A stretch of 64,000 bases of DNA, from assembly GCA_052327205.1 (NCBI GenBank), contig CM126206.1:37448001-37512000 (forward strand). The letters are read 5' to 3'. Made by a program: the position numbers and the translations under genes. A model generated the notes under the pieces. It was given only the letters and a program-made list of their open reading frames with translations. It had not been told where the DNA came from and ran no database searches. The DNA is from Somniosus microcephalus. Its lineage: Eukaryota. Positions 13,229-27,690 of the stretch are shown here, in pieces; the stretch's first letter is position 1; the number at the start of each line of letters is the position of its first letter.

Positions 13229-16200
13229 TTGGCCCGGAATTTGCAGTCAGCAGCGAAGCGAAGGCATTGGCTGCTGGCCCTGAAGTACGCTCCGCACAAG
13301 GATCTCGCAATCCCTGTGTTGAGAATTTCGGATTTTCCGACATTCAATTCAAATCAATGAACTGTAGTGGTGATCCCCTAGTGCAAGCTGCTGTAACGGC
13401 AACAGGCTGTCTAAGCAGCCAATCAAAATGCAGAATTCTCACAGACAGCAAACAAGGAAGTGGGTAAGCTCTTAAAATTCTAATTTTTAAAAAAATGTTA
13501 GAGAGAGCAAAACAAAGATTGGGGCTCTCACATGGGGAAAAGGCAAACCTGAAATAAAAATGGACAAACTTAAAAAAAGGTAAATTTTTTTTTGGAAAAG
13601 TTTCTTAAAAATTTTAATTTTTATTAAAATGGACAAATTTCACACTGCACAAAATGAAAATTAGTTTTCCAGGCACTTAACATTTTTTTTAGCTGTAATA
13701 ATGCTGTCAAAACCCCCCTAATCCCATTGGGGTTAACTTTTAGTGAGGAATTTACATAGAAGATAGGTACATAGAAGATAGGAGCAGGAGTAGGCCATTC
13801 GGCCCTTCGAGCCTGCTCCGCCATTCAATGAGATCATGGCTGATCATCCAAATTCAGTACCCGGTCCCTGCCTTCTCCCCATATCCCTTGATTCCTTTAG
13901 CCTTAAGAAATATATCCAACTCTTTCTTGAATATACTTAATGAAATGGCCTCCACCGCCCTCTGTGGCAGAGAATTCCACAGGTTCACCACTCTCTTGGT
14001 GAAGAAATTCCTCCTCATTTCAGTCCTAAATGGCTTACCCCTTATCCTTAGACTATGACCCCTGGTTCTGGACTCGCCGGCCATCAGAAACATCCTTCCT
14101 GCATCTAGTCTGTCCAGGCCTGACAGAATTTTATAGGTTTCGATGAGATCCCCTCTCAATCTTCTAAACTCCAGTGAGTATAAGCCCAATCGACACAATC
14201 TCTCCTCATACGTCATTCCTGCCATCCCAGGTATCAGCCTGGTGAATCTTCGCTGCACTCCTTCCATGGCAAGAACATCCTTCCTTAGGTAAGGTGACCA
14301 AAACTGCACACAATACTCAAGGTGTGGTCTCACCAAGGCCCTGTACAACTGCAGCAAGACATCCTTGTTCTTGTACTCAAACCCTCTTGCTACGAAGGCC
14401 AACATACCATTTGCCTTCTTAACCGCCTGCTGCACCTGCATGCTTACCTTCAGCGACTGGTGTACAAGAACACCCAGGTCTCTTTGCACTTCCACTTCTC
14501 CCAATCTATTACCATTCAAATAATAACCTGCCTTCCTGTTTTTGCCACCAAAGTGGATAACCTCACATTTATCCACATTGTAGTGCATTTGCCATGTTTC
14601 TGCCCAATCACCCAACCTGTCCAAATCGTGCTGGAGTTTCACGACATCCTCCTCACAGCATACCCTCCCCCCCAGCTTTGTGTCGTCTGCAAATTTGGAG
14701 ATATTACATCCAATTCCCTCGTCCAGATCATTACTATATATTGTGAACAGCTGGGGTCCTAGGACCGATCCTTGCGGTACCCCACTAGTCACTGCCTGCC
14801 ACTCGGAAAACGACCCGTTTATTCCAACTCTTTGCTTTCTGTCCGCCAACCAGTTCTCTATCCAAGTCAATACCTTGCCCCCAATCCCATGTGCCTTAAT
14901 TTTGCACGCTAATCTCTTATGCGGGACCTTATCGAAAGCCTTCTGAAAGTCCAAATACACCACATCCACTGGTTCTCCCTTATCTATTTTACCAGTTACA
15001 TCCTCAAAAAATTCCAGTAGATTAGTCAAGCATGATTTACCTTTTGTAAATCCATGTTGACTTTGTCCGATCCAGTCACTGCTTTTCAAGTGCTCTGCTA
15101 TTACATCTTTTATAATGGACTCTAGCATTTTCCCCACTACCGATGTCAAGCTTACCGGTCTATAATTCCCCGCCTTTTCTCTACCACCTTTTTTGAATAG
15201 TGGGGCAACATTAGCTACCCGCCAATCCATGGGTACCGTTCCAGAGTCTATCGAGTTCTGGAAGATGACCAGCAATGCATCTACTATTTCTAGGGCCACT
15301 TCCTTAAGTACCCTGGGATGTAGATTATCAGGCCCTGGGGATTTATCGGCCTTCAGTCCCATCAATTTCCCTAACACCATTTCCCTACAAATACTGATTT
15401 CTTTCAGTTCCACCCTTTCATCAGACCCTATGTTCCCGGCATCTCTGGGAGGTTATTTGTGTCCTCTTTTGTGAAGACAGAACCAAAATATGTATTTAGT
15501 TGGTCTGCCATTTCTTTGTTCCCCATTATAAATTCCCCTGATTCTGACTGCAAGGGACCTACGCTTGACTTCACCAATCTTTTTCTCTTCACATATCTAT
15601 AAAAGCTTTTACAGTCAGTTTTTATGTTCTCTGCAAGCTTACTCTCATATTCTATTTTCCCTTTCTTAATTAATCCCTTTGTCCTCCTTTGTTGAATCCT
15701 AAACTGCTCCCAATCCTCAGGATTATTGCTTTTTCTGGCCAATTTATATGCCCTCTCCTTGGACCTTATGCTATCCCTAATTTCCCTTGTTAGCCACGGT
15801 TTGGTCACCTTTTTTGTTTTATTTTTATGCCAAACTGGGATGAACAAATTCTGTAGTTCATCCATTCGGTCTTTGAATGTTTGCCATTGCCTATCCACCG
15901 TCAACCCTTTGAGTGCCATTCCCCAATCAATCCTACCCAACTCGCTCCTCAGACCATCATAGTTTCCTTTATTTAAATTGAGGACCCTGGTCTCCGACTA
16001 CTTCATTCTCCATCTTAATGAACAATTCGATCATATTATGATCGCTCCGACCCAAGGGGCCTCTTACAACAAGATTGCTAATTAATCCTTTCTCGTTACA
16101 TAATACCCAGTCTAAGATGGCCTGATCTCTGGTTGGTTCCTCGACATATTGGTCCAGGAAACCATCCCGTAAACACTCCAGGAATTCCTCCTCCACGGTA

Positions 16201-17880
16201 TTGTTACTCATTTGGTTGGCCCAATCTATATGTAGATTAAAGTCACCCATGATGACTGCTGTGCCCTTATTGCACGCTTCTTTAATTTCTCTTTTAATGC
16301 AATCCCCAACCTCCGCCTTACTGTTTGGAGGTCTATAAACCACTCCCACTAACGTTTTTTTCCCCTTAGTATTTCTCAATTCTACCCATACAGATTCCAC
16401 CTCATCAGAGCTAATATCCTTCATTACAATTGTGTTAATCCCTTCTTTAATCCCTACCCCACCTCCCTTTCCTTTTTGCCTATCTTTCCTGAATATCGAA
16501 TACCCCTGAATGTTGAGTTCCCAGTCCTGGCCTTCCTTGAGCCACGTTTCCGTAATCCCAACCAAATCGTATTTGTTTACTTCTATTTGCGCAGCCAATT
16601 CATCCACCTCATTACAAATGCTCCTCGCATTAAGACACAAAGCCTTCAGGCTTGTTTTTTTAACACTCTTAGACCTATTAGAATTATTATTTACTGTGGC
16701 CATGTTTGATTTAAACCGTTGATTTCTCTGACTGCCACTTTTGTTTTTCTCCTTCCTATCTTTTGCTTTTATCCTTGTTTCCCTTTCCTCTGTCTCCCTG
16801 CTCAGGTTCCCAACCCCCTGCCATTTTAGTTTAAACCCTCCCCCACATCACTAGCAAACACTCCCCCTAGGACATTGGTTCCAGCCCTGCCCAGGTGCAA
16901 ACCGTCCGGTTTGAACTGGTCCCACCTCCCCCAGAACCGGTTCCAATGTCCCAGGAACTTGAATCCCTCCCCCTGGCACCATTCCTCTAGCCACGTATTC
17001 ATCTGAAGTATCCTTCTATTTCTACTCTGACTAGCACGTGGCACTGGTAGCAATCCTGAGATTACTACCTTTGAGGTCCTGTTTTTAGATTTATCTCCTA
17101 ACTCCCTATACTCTGCTTTTAGGACCTCATCCTGCTTTTTACCTATATCGTTGGTGCCTATATGCACCATGACAACTGGCTGTTCACCCTCCCCTTCCAA
17201 GATGTTCTGGAGTCGCTCGGAGACATCCTTGACCCTTGCACCAGGGAGGCAACACACCATCCTGGAGTCTCGTTTGCGGCCGCAGAAACGCCTATCTATT
17301 CCCCTTACAATTGAATCCCCTATTACTATAGCTCTACCCCTCTTTTTCCTCCCATTCTGTGCAGCAGAGCCACCCCTGGTGCCAGGAAGTTGGCTGCTGC
17401 TGCCTTCCTCTGATAAGCCATCCCCCCCAACAGTACTCAAAGTGGTGTATCTGTTGGAGAGGGGGATGGCCATAGGGGACCCCTGCACTACCTGCCTTCG
17501 CCTAGTACTCTGCCTGTTGGTCACCCGTTCCCTTTCTTCCTGTCCAACCTCTACCTGCGGTGTGTCCAACTCCGTAAATGTGCTATTCACGTTGTCAGCG
17601 TAATTTAACAGCGTAATTACTGCGGAAGAGCCAACATATTCGTCAGTTTCCATGCGTTGTGAGATTTCACTGATTGCTGGCTCCATGGTGGGGGCTGGGT
17701 GTGGGGGGGTGGTGGTGGGGGGGTGCATGGTGGCAGGGTGGGGGGGGTGTGGCGCAGATTGCGGTCTGTTTCGGAGATGTCAATGACAGGCCACAACTTT
17801 GGGATTTCAGCATGCGCCTGCGCCAAATCCCGAAGTTGCGGTCAGTTTCGAAGGCGGAATGTCAGTGAACGCTGCCAGTG
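13229..17880. repeat. Unclassified interspersed repeat split by the CR1 (segments ~13229-13751 and ~17600-17880)
   Basis: Starts ggcccggaattt, like the Harbinger-type termini elsewhere in the window. CpG-rich repeat-like sequence resumes on the other side of the CR1. No second TIR found. Confidence 0.3.
13752..17600 (-). mobile_element. CR1 (HER1-like) LINE, 5'-truncated: ORF1 SGNH esterase plus frameshifted ORF2 (APE endonuclease-RT)
   Basis: ORF1 has GDS, GTND and DGLHL motifs (stop at 16826). EN has NARS/TETW/GDFN/SDH (15969-16703). RT has GVPQGSVLGP/FADD (13854-15413). The 3' tail carries tandem tacatagaagatagg. Confidence 0.95.
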
Positions 17881-18989
17881 TATATTAAGAGAAACATATT
17901 ATGTTGTAGAATAAAAATGCAATAATAAAATAATCATTAACAAAACATTTATTTGTTTTTAACATGTTATTTACCATACAGCTATTTGAAGAGAGCTAAC
18001 CAAATACAGAAAGACGTTTCAATAATATTTTTGTGCTAATTGTGGCAATGGATGTAATGGAATGGTTTCCTTTTTTAGACACCCATTATCTGTTAATGGT
18101 TAGATGTAGACTAAAGCTCTGCTTTAATTTGCTTCAGCTACAACTTCAGAAGAGCAAATCCTACTGCATTAGTGTGCTATTTTTCCATTTTAAGAAACAT
18201 TGCATGGATTCTCTGAATTAGATTGTCAAATTAGCACCTAATTAGGGGTAGTTTTGGACTGTTGGGTTCATGATTACTGGGAACTGGACTGTCCAAACTT
18301 ATTTCAGGCAGGATCATTCATCCCATTGGTGTAGGTTGGATTTGATCCCAGGTCCCAAGCGTGAACACCTAAGCCGATGTGCCAATATATCCCCATCTAA
18401 TACAGAAGGGTTAAAAGCTCGTTCTAGGAGATAATATGGGGCAAATGCTCTTCATTCCTTTAAATGGACATTGTTCATTTGCATAATATGCAAAAAAGCA
18501 TCTGGTCTAACATTGCAATTAAGGAGAGGTATATAATACGGTAAGATTATTATTGCAGTTACACAATTGTAGGAATGTGCTAAAATGCCTTGGAGAACAG
18601 TAGTAACTTCATAACATATGACTGTGATTTATGCCCAAGGAATTTGTAAATCTAATGAAACTCGGTACCAATATCTTTTAAATCTAATTGAACTTGGTAT
18701 CAATGCCTGAATCAATACTGATGTGCTTGGCCACTGAGGAAGCATAAAAATAGCTGGCAAATTAAATTGTGGCCAAAGTACAGTGCTTCATCTTTATAGT
18801 CTTAAGTTAAAAAAAATCTATTGGGCATCTAACCCAATTCCTTTGAATTAAAGGGAAAGGTAATACCACGGTTAAGTAAAATAACGTCACTGATGTTAAT
18901 AAATACTCGCTCATGGCAAAATGAAAAACACAGCCGTCTTCCTATGATTGGTCTACAAAAGCCCCTATCTGTTGTAGTGACCTTATGCA

Positions 18990-19212
18990 GCGACTAATGC
19001 TCTTGAATTTTCTTTACTCAGAGAGTGGTGAGAATGTGGAACTCGCCTGTGGTGGAAGCGAATAGCAAAGATGCATGTAATGGGAAGCTAGATAAGTACA
19101 TGGTGGAGAAAGGAATAGAAGGATATGTTATTAGGGTGAGACAAAGTCAATAGAGTGGGAGGAGGCTCGTGGAGAGCCGATTGGCCTGTTTCTGTGCTAT
19201 AAATTCTATGCA
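18990..19212 (+). mobile_element. CR1 3' end fragment
   Basis: ttctttactcagagagtggtgagaatgtggaactc ... tggcctgtttctgtgctataaattctatg tail. Confidence 0.75.
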
Positions 19213-19373
19213 ACTGACCCAGTGCTGTGGAGTGGATGCTGTGTCAGACTAGCATAGCTGTCCCTCATAAATTGAAGTAAAAGGAAAGGTTCTTTGCTAA
19301 ATGATTTTCAAAGTTATCTGTGTGAGGAATCCCTTGCAAACACTGACACTCCTCATCCTAAGTTCCAAAACAC

Positions 19374-20630
19374 AGGCCAGAAATTTAATTTGGAGGTGGG
19401 TAGGGACCAGAGGGGCTGGAAAGCAGTTGGGAAACCCGAGAGAACGGGTTTTCCACAGGCCCTGATTAACGGCAGGACCTGATTAGCATTTAGAATCACT
19501 GTTTCCCACCCGTAGCCAGCCAGCTGGAGAGGCTGGGTGGCCGTCGGGTGTGTAGGCCTGCGGCACCAGGCCGCAGAGAGGAGGGAGAGTGGTATTGGGG
19601 GGGGGCAAGGAGGTAATTGGAGACTGGAGGGGGGTAGGGGGCCAGAGGGGGGAGGTTGGAAGGCTGGAGAGGGGTAGGGGGCCAGAGGGGGGTAGTCGGA
19701 AGGTGATTAAGGGCCGAAGGGGGAAAGTCAGAAGGCCGGAGGGTGATCGGAGGCCAGAGGAGGGAGGTTGGAAGGCCGATGGCTAATTGGGGGCCAGAGA
19801 GTGGGGAGCTCAGAAGGCTGTTGGGGGATCGGGGGCCAGAGGGGGGATGTCGGAAGGCCGGAGGGGGATCGGGGGCTGGAGGGGAGAGCTCAGAGAAGGC
19901 CGGAGGGATTGGGGGCCAGCGGGGGGAGGTCGGAAGGCCAGAGGGGGATCAGGGGCCGGAGGGGAGAGCTCGGAAGGTTGGAGAAGGATTGGGGGCCGGC
20001 GGGGGGAGGTCGGAAGGCTGGAGGGGGATTGGGGGCCGGAGGGGAGAGTTCGGAAGGCCGGAGGGGGATCAGGGGCTGGCGGGGGAGGTCGGAAGGCCGA
20101 GGGTAATTGGGGGCCAGCGGGGGGAAGTAGGAAGGCCGGGGTGCGGGTATTGGGATCCAGAGGAGGATTGGGGGCTGAGGATCGAAGGCCGGAGGTGGGG
20201 ACCGGGGATCGGAGGCCTCGTCGGAGAGGTTGGAGGTCTCGGTGTGAGGTCAGGGGGAGATCAGAATGGTCGTGGGGTGTCCGACTGTGGGGGGTTGGCG
20301 AGGCAGGAACGCTGGATCCAGCAGATAAGTGTAAAGGCACTTACCTCCTGGATCCAGCAGTCCTTGCCTCCCTTGAGCTGGTGGGTTCCCCGATGCCTGG
20401 GAAACCCGGTGCTCACTGTTAAATTAAAAATGATGGATCACTATGAGGCATGGAGCCTCATTATAATATTTAAAGTGCCAACCCACCTCCTGCGAGCGGA
20501 TTGGTTAGCCGCCTCCATTAAAACCGAAAGTGGGCGGGTTGGAGGTGGGTTGGAGTCAGTATTCAGACTTTTAAATTTTAACCTCCCATCTGACCCCAAT
20601 CCACCCGTTGTTTGGGGTTAAAATTCCCCT
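19374..20630. mobile_element. Probable PIF/Harbinger-like non-autonomous element containing a G-rich minisatellite
   Basis: Imperfect TIRs aggccagaaatttaa / ttaaaattcccct, with CAC on both flanks (possible 3-bp TSD). Confidence 0.5.
19590..20240 (+). repeat. G-rich minisatellite, ~39-bp unit
   Basis: Repeated gggggatcggggggccagagggggaggtcggaaggccgga-like units. Explains the overlapping Gly/Arg-rich ORFs. Confidence 0.85.
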
Positions 20631-23600
20631 CACAGTGTCAGTCGCCCAAAGAAAAAGAGCACTATCATCGCAGAAAACATTTTTCATTAGTATACAGCAT
20701 CAGAACTCAAGTGCTAATATGTCAACAAATACAGAAGAATGCAGAAATCTGATGAATTCATGTACCTTGGAATCCTCCACACCGGCCTTCTCTAGTCTGG
20801 AGACCCTGGTTTGAAAATCTTGCAATTTACAGAAATCATTTGAAAATACAAAGTATTAAAAAATGAAACAAGAGCCCTTCAGTACAGTTCAAAACATTAA
20901 TATTACATTGCAGTTCAATGTTCAAAAAAATCAGATGTCCTTTGTGTGCATTTTGTTCAACGGCGTATTCACTGAATGCATCTTTATTCCTTCCCAGCAT
21001 GTTCCTGCTGTGTAACTGTTCAAATAAAATCTCTTAAATAACAACACAGGAATCGATTTCAGCTCGAAGATGCTGGGAAGGGTTCCCTTGCTGTAGCTAA
21101 CCTAGATCAACAGCCGCCAGTGGAGCAGGCAAGAATGGAACCACCTTCACCTCCACGCTCAAGGTACAGCTGTGACAAGCATTGCTCTTCAGGATTTAAT
21201 CGGCATTGATGCTGAAGTAGCAACCCAAGGAAAACTTGTCTAATGAGCAATTATGCAAATTAGATAAAGGTAGGACAAGAGGTGTCCTAAATGTTTTAAG
21301 CACTGTCCTAAATTTCTAAAAGAAGCAATAACAGAGCTGTATTGCTCTAATCCCCAGAATATATCGTTTCAAGGAATATTACATTTAAAAGCCTGGTTAG
21401 GCAGAAGTTACTTATTGATTTTGCACTTAGAATATTGGAGATTGTTTCACTTTTCCCCACCTACTTGGCTGCCCTGGCATATTGGGATGGTCACAAGGAA
21501 AATAACGAAGGAAAAAGGTGGCATCATTTGGTGGTATTTATTGGTCAGAATTTTACTTTTTTGAATGATGCGATTGAATCTAAAGCAATCCATTGTATTT
21601 CTTCTCAATCTTCCACCTTGTACTGAAATATAACATAACTAGGCCATGCAATAATAAAGAATACATGTTAACTATAAGAAAACATGTCAGGGAGAAAATA
21701 TCATTCACCCCATCAATCCTGACCTTTCCCTCTCCCATCAATTTAATTTCTAGAGGGGAGGAACTAAATAAAAACTCCCTGATCTTTAAATGTATTCAAG
21801 GACAACTCAAGAACTCCAGCTCCTCCATTCAAGCCTGGCTGGCTGCCCTTTGCATACAACATATTTCACCCCCCCAACTCCCCGTGTCTGCCAGATTCCA
21901 TTACCCAGCCCCAGCTGCATAGAAGCAGCTGATCTCAATGTATATTCTTAGTGACTAAGGTGTTTGTCTCAGGAAGTAAATCCAAGGCCTGCTGTAAGTA
22001 TTGTGAATTCCCACTGACTGGCCTGCTAATGAATCATGTAGAACTCTACATGACCTGCCCAAATTGATTAAGATTTTACAGAGAGGTATTTCCTTCTCAC
22101 AGAGAGCACTGGGAATCTCTGGACATGTTCTGCTCACCTTCTCGGCATAAACACTGCAGCAGTTGAGCTAAATTCTGATCAAACTCATATTTCCTTTACT
22201 CACCGCGCTTAGGATTAACAATCATTACAGCTAACAAAGAAGGAGTGAGATAGTCAGGATCCTAAATACACCCATCATATGACAAGTCTCAGTTGGTATC
22301 TTTCACAGTACACTGATTGTTTTTAATGATTGCATCAGTCACACTGTCAAATGGAAATCTTATCTTTTCTCATTGCCAAATATGCAGAAGATTGGGATTT
22401 CCACTGGGCAAATGTTGCCGTTTACCTGAGCTCTGATAATGTCTCATGGACTATATTTACTTGCATCAGTTGAATGTAGGAGGCCTTCAGATTACATAGC
22501 TAGTCTTCAGCCTCTGAGGCTGCATTAAGAATTAAGTTGAATTCCTTTTGAGACATTGAAATGCCTTGATAATTTTATGCGCCATTTCTCAAAATACCAA
22601 ACATTATTTTACCATAGTACATTTTGCACAGTCACTTTGAAAGGTCACATATTACACGCTTAGAGGCCACATTTATTTTAAGACTAAAAAGAAAATCCTT
22701 TATTGTTGAAGGGTCACACCTCAAATGTTAGCTTTCCTTTCTCTTTCAGGTATTGGTTGGCTTCCTGTACACCCAGCCCAGTAACAACGGCAGCAGAGAG
22801 CTTGTCTTTCACCCGGATGTTCAATTGTGGAGTCCCAGGGTTGCCTTTCACCTGAGTCCAGCTGACACTCCCAGTTAGATGCTACAGAATACCGATAATG
22901 TTCAGCTATATAAAGAGCATTAGGAGATAATTGTTAATAGACCTCTCCCTCTATGTAAACTCTCTTACCCATATTCATGGCTACCCCCTCAACCTTGTCA
23001 TCTCCTGTGGCCTCTTTACTCCCATGATCTCGATCATAGACAAGGCTATCTCCAACCACTTCTTTGTATCTCTCACCACCCATAACACCCCCTCCCATCA
23101 ACCACACTTACTTCTGTGATCACCCCTGCACAGACTCTCCCCCAAGTCACTTACAATTGTTCTTTCAAGCTCCCAACTGCCTAGCTTTTGGCCTTTCAGC
23201 TGCCACAATACTTCAGCAGCTGTCAATTTGCTCAATCACTCCCTGACCTCCACCGTTGATGCCCTTGTCCGAAGTAAAACACTCTATACAATCCTGGTCG
23301 ATCTCCTGGTATGGCTCCCATCTCTGCTCTCTCCAGTCAAGGGGCACAGACGTGAGCATATCTGGCGCACAACTGGTTTAACCAGATCCAACCAGACCAC
23401 ATCAAGTACTATCAGGCCCCACTCTCCTTTGCCAAAATCATCCACTACTCCATGATCATCCAGGAGAGCAAAGATAATCCTTGGCTTCTTTTCTCCACTA
23501 TCAACTGACTCCTTAAACCCCTTTCCCCTGCCCGCTTCACCCTCACCTCCAATAGCAGTGCGAGGAGCTCATGGACTTCTTTGGCACCAGGATTGAGAGC

Positions 23601-23692
23601 ATCCATTCAGCTGCCTCTATTGCTTCTCCCTGTTCTCCTTGTCCACCAAGCCAAGCTTTTCCAGCAATGGCTTCTCTTCCTGCCCCTGCGCC

Positions 23693-25378
23693 ATGATAGA
23701 ATTTCACATTCAGTTTGAGGGTGAGAAACTTGGGTCTGAAACTAATGCCTTAAACTTAAATAAAGGCAATTACAAGGGTATGAGGACAGAGTTGGCTAAA
23801 GTTGACTAGGAAAATAGATTAAAAGGTAAGATGGTAAATAAGCAGTGGCAGACTTTTAAGGAGATATTTCATAACTCTCAACAAAGATATATTCCAGTGA
23901 GAAAGAAAGACTCGACGAGAAGGATGAACCATCCGTGCCTAACTAAAGAAGTTAAGGAGGGTATCAAATTTGCTGATGATACAAAGATAGGTGGGAAAGC
24001 AAGTTGTGAGGAGGACACAAAGGGCTGGATTTTCATTGAGGAGGCGGGTAAGAGGCAGGACTACAACTTTCGGGGTTGTAGTCCCACCTCCATCGAGTTG
24101 TAGCCAACCCACGCGATTTTGACTTGATTGACCTTGTTGAGCCCACTGCAGGCCAATTAAGGGCCACCCGGCAATAGGTAACGTCACAGATTGATATTTC
24201 ATCTGTCAAGACCTTTTGACAGATGCAATATCAGCGTTTCACAGCTGTTTGAAGCTGTCAAACACAGACAATCTGTACTCTAAGTTAATTCCTTCCTCTC
24301 AGGATGATTTAGAGATCTCTCCGGAACAGAAAGCTGAATGCTGCAATTTTTGACAGATCGCGGCCATTCTGCTTTCTGTGCCGGTGAGATGAGGGACTCC
24401 CGAGACCTGAAGGAAGGAAGGCTGTAAAGGTAAGTAAAACTTCTTTAAACACTTTAAACACACCAAACACACTTACCTCTGCACTCACCTGAACACCGGA
24501 CATCTCGACCCCTCCAAGCCCTTCAGCCCGACGGCCCACCTCACTAACTTGGCATGGTTTGGAGCTGTCGGGAATCCCACATTTCAAGAATGAAAATAGG
24601 GATTAGGCTAAAAACTGCCTGTTAACTACCTGTTAACAGGCAGTTAATTGGCACTAATCCCCTTCCCGCCTCGGGGAGGCGGATCCCAGTGCGGGTCGGG
24701 TACCCGCCTCCTTTGTAACAGATATGGAGGCGGGTTGGGGGCGGGATGGGTTTGTGCCCCCCGATTTCAGGATTTTAACCCCCCACACGCCTCCAATTCT
24801 GCCTCCACGGCCCAATGAAAATCCTGCCCAAAGGGTCTGCAAAGGGATATAGATAGGTTAAGTGAGTGGGCAAAAATTTGGCAGATGAAGTATAATGTGG
24901 GAAAGAATAGAAAAGCAAAATATTATTTAATTGGAGAGAGACTTCAGAGTGCTGAGTTACAGAGGGATCTGGGTCTCCTCGTACATGAAACACAAAAAGT
25001 TAACATGCAGGTACAGCAAGTAATTAGGAAGGCAAATGGAATGTTGGCCTTTATTGCAAGGGGGATAGAGTATAAAAGTAGGGAAGTCTTGCTACAACTG
25101 TACAGGGCATTGGTGAGACCACACTGGAGTACTGCGTACAGTTTTGGTCTCCTTATTTAAGGAGGGATATACTTGCATTGGAAGCAGTTCAGAGAAGGTT
25201 CACTAGGTTGATTCCTGGGATGAAGGGGTTGTCTTATGAGGAAAGGTGGAGCAGGTTGGAGTTTAGAAGAATGAGAGGTGATCTTATTGAAACATATAAG
25301 ATTCTGAGAGGGCTTGCCAGGGTAGATGCTGAGAGGATGTTTCCCCTCGTGGGGGAATCTAGACCTAGGGGTCATAGT
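23693..25378 (+). mobile_element. Internally deleted CR1 fragment
   Basis: The EN-linker sequence joins directly to KFADDTKIGG at ~23965. The RT C-terminus (QRDLG, ALVRPH, MRGDLIETYK) follows the MITE. Confidence 0.85.
24022..24829. mobile_element. PIF/Harbinger-like MITE, 808 bp, inserted in CR1
   Basis: TIRs gggctggattttcattg / caatgaaaatcctgccc, with 3-bp TSD AAA. Removing it restores CR1 gaggacacaaagggtctgcaaagggat. Confidence 0.85.
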
Positions 25379-26964
25379 TTTTGGCCCCCGCTACAAGCTC
25401 TGTACTCTTGCCACTGATTCCATCACCCTCCTCTGCCACTTTCTCAGGTTAAACCAGACTGTTTTGAACCATGGCATCCTATTTGACCCGAGTTGAGTGT
25501 CTGACCCCATAACCTTGCCATCACAAAGATTTTCTATTTCCATCTCAGGTAACGTTGCCTGCTTCTGCCCCTGCCTCAGCTCATCTGCTGCTAACACCTT
25601 CATCCATGCCTTTGTCACCTCCAGACTTGGCCGGCCTCCTATCCTCCAACCCCCGTAAACTTCAGCTCACCCAAAACTCTGCCTCCTCACCTCCCTCTGC
25701 TCCTTTAATACCCTCCTAACAACTCAACGATTTGACCAAGCTTTTGGTCACCCCTCCCAATATCTCCTTTTTTGGCTGAATGTCCATTTCTGTCTGGTTA
25801 TGTTCCTGTGAAGCGCCTTGGGTCATTCTTCCATGTTAAAGGTGCTGTATAAATGCAAGTTGTTGTATTAAGTTATAATTCTATTGTTTGGCTAGTGGGT
25901 CAATGTAACCGGCACATTTGAGGGGATTCAACTTAAAAAGCATGCTAAGGTGACTTCGTCAAACATCATGATTGTAGTAACTATTTTAGTTATCTTAACT
26001 CTGAACCCAACATATTACACTCATAAAATTTACACATGGAAGTAGATGTCTGATCTTCGCTTCCTGGATCTCATGGAACTTTGGAAACAAGTTTGGTCAG
26101 TTTGTTACTGGACCACAAGATGGAGTACCTTACCATAGCAGGATGGTGGGGAAGTGGGGGAGGGGGAGAGAGGAAAACTGACACAGGCAACTCACACTAC
26201 TGTCAGACATCTCCTGTTGGCCAATGACATTAGTCATGGAACAGCCCATAGCCCAGATCATCATTTTCTGTTGCATCAACTGACTGATGGTGAAAATAAA
26301 TGGAGAACCTTCGAGTAAAACACCAAATGAAAAACCCTCTGCAGATTCTTCTTCTAAATTCAGTTTGAATGTCACCAAGTTAATTTCCATGAACCTACAA
26401 ACAACAATGGCAGCTCATTGCTGCTGCGAAGCATATTTTAGACTATCCTTTTGAGTTGTTTACTGATTTTCTGCATTGGAGTGTGCAGGTGTCAGTGTTT
26501 TGCATTTCAGACGATCGAGGGTGTTTCCATACCATAAGATAATGGATTTCAATTGAAAAGCTTTGGGTTTTGGTAATGATTCAAAAGTTTCAGTTAGGAG
26601 TAGCATTTGCAATGAAACATTTGTATAGTGGATCTCAGACTTGGTAATCTTCCTTATGTTGTGGTCCTTGCATCACACGTGCGTGGCTGTACACTTCATG
26701 AAGGCAGCTGAAGGGTTTCATCATACAGTTCTTGAAATTACAATTGTAATGTGGGAATGCATAGTGTATTTGTATGAAGTTTCTTTGTCTGCTATTTTAA
26801 GAGGGTCTTTAAGCCATTTAAAGCAAGCAGGCTAAAATAACAATTAAAAAGCCATATAAATATGTTAAGCATAATTATAAGACTGTAGTGTCCTAGGATT
26901 GTCTGTAATAACTCTACCCAGAATAATTCTTTAGGGTTAATTTAACATTTGCCCCATACAAGTG

Positions 26965-27690
26965 TCAGGCAATGACTATCTCCAACAAGAGAGAGTCTAA
27001 CCACCACCGTTGACATTCAATGGGATTACTATTGTTGGATCTCCCACCATCAACATCCTGGGGGTCACTATTGGCCAGAAACTTAACTGGACCAGTCACA
27101 TAAATACTGTGGCAACAAGAGCAGGTCAGAGGCTGGGTATTCTGTGGCGAGTGTCTCACCTCCTGACTCCCCAAAGCCTTTCCACCATCTACAAGGCACA
27201 AGTCAGGGGTCAGGAGTGTGATGGAATACTCTCCACTTGCCTGGATGAGTGCAGCTCCAACAACCCTCAAAAAACTGGACACCATCTTGGACAAAGCAGC
27301 CCACTTGCTTGGCACCCCATCCACCACCTTAAACATTCACTCCCTCCACCATCTGCAAGATGCACTGCAGCAACTCGCCAAGGCTTCTTCAACAGCACCT
27401 CTCACACCCGCGACCACATAGAAGGCCAAGGGCAGCAGAGACATTGGAACACCACCACCTGCAAGTTCCCCTCCAAGTCACACACCATCCTGACTTAGAA
27501 GTATATCGCTGTTCCTTCATCGTCGCTGGGCCAAAATCCTGGAACTCCCTACCTAACAGCACTGTGGAAACACCTTCACCACACGGACTGCAGCGACTCA
27601 CCACCACCTTCTCAAGGCCAATTAGGGATGGGCAATAAGTGCTGGCCTTGCCAGTGACGTCCACATCCCAGGAACGAATTTAAAAAAATT
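26965..27690 (+). mobile_element. CR1/L2-group LINE RT C-terminus and 3' UTR
   Basis: LGVTIGQKLNWTSHI...IYKAQVR / MEYSPLAW, then an A-rich end. Confidence 0.8.

Larger units (their letters stand above)
22930..25865 (+). mobile_element. L2-type LINE remnant (22930-23690 and 25380-25865) interrupted by a CR1
   Basis: C/T-rich decayed EN/RT text (THIHGYPLNLVI, SNHF) and an L2-type tail ttaaaggtgctgtataaatgcaagttgttg. Confidence 0.65.

Noticed and set aside
17600-17728. N-terminus of the 300-aa esterase ORF
   Set aside because: Chance extension from the truncated CR1 into a flanking repeat.
19743-20621. Collagen-like Gly/Arg-rich ORFs
   Set aside because: Translations of the G-rich minisatellite, with no Gly-X-Y register or splice structure.
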